Virus record (IMG/VR): IMGVR_UViG_3300044490_000250
Location: 15,559 to 79,558 of that record
Source: a virus
DNA length: 64,000 bases
Direction: 5' to 3' (one strand)
Part shown: piece after piece, positions 63,925-64,000 of the stretch
Position numbering within the stretch: the first letter of the stretch is position 1
Layout: each line of letters begins with the position of its first letter
Translations under genes and position numbers: made by a program
The notes under the pieces: generated by a model
What the model saw: the letters and a program-made list of their open reading frames with translations, nothing else
Database searches by the model: none
What the model was told of the DNA's origin: nothing

Positions 63925-64000
63925 GGGGCCCCCGCTGGGGATCGGCCAGGTGGGGCCAGGTGGGGCCAGGTCGGCCAGGTGGGGCCCCAGCTGGGGATCG
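63925..64000 (+). repeat. GGCCAGG repeat array, right copy (runs to the window end)
   Basis: Four GGCCAGG units; same 21-mer at 63937-63957; another GGGGATCG begins at the edge. Confidence 0.85.

Noticed and set aside
62692-64000. Repeat arrays as CRISPR or as IS ends
   Set aside because: Units are 7-21 bp without unique spacers; copies are direct, not inverted; no cas or transposase motifs.
1-64000. Prophage status, host assignment, DGR/retron, alternative genetic code
   Set aside because: No integrase, att site, host genes or reverse transcriptase were recognised; genes are intact in code 11 using all three stops; the host cannot be supported from this sequence alone.

Overview
The window is a 64-kb segment of a high-GC tailed dsDNA phage (siphovirus-like, with a long tape measure and a tail-chaperone -1 frameshift). 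No integrase, DNA polymerase or helicase was recognised in it. Layout: (i) 1-8.8 kb (+) replication/recombination genes (gp32-like SSB, RecA/UvsX, primase, a three-way split Rad50/SbcC around an Mre11/SbcD gene) and an endolysin; (ii) 8.9-62.4 kb (-), read from right to left: accessory genes (DUF488, orphan terminase nuclease domain, tRNA-Leu, RNA ligase, two MTases, ECF sigma, HD protein, GmhB, TSCPD), then terminase, portal, protease/scaffold, capsid, neck, tail, a glycan-modification operon, holin, receptor-binding genes and a resolvase; (iii) a divergent control region at about 62.4-62.8 kb with an AT-rich patch and GGCCAGG repeat arrays flanking an HTH/sigma-like gene. The best candidate for an undescribed system is a phage-encoded heptose/Kdo-type glycosylation apparatus. 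It comprises a promoter- and terminator-bounded operon (GT9, radical SAM, Cys-rich protein, KpsS/C-like, GT4, Dam, HldE kinase, metallophosphoesterase), a distant GmhB, and a second GT9 with putative head-docking repeats that sits with a dTMP kinase between the capsid and neck genes. Other highlights are a GroES-like domain inside the prohead protease/scaffold, an orphan terminase nuclease domain, and an atypical tRNA-like element. All family calls are by-eye motif recognition; no searches were run.
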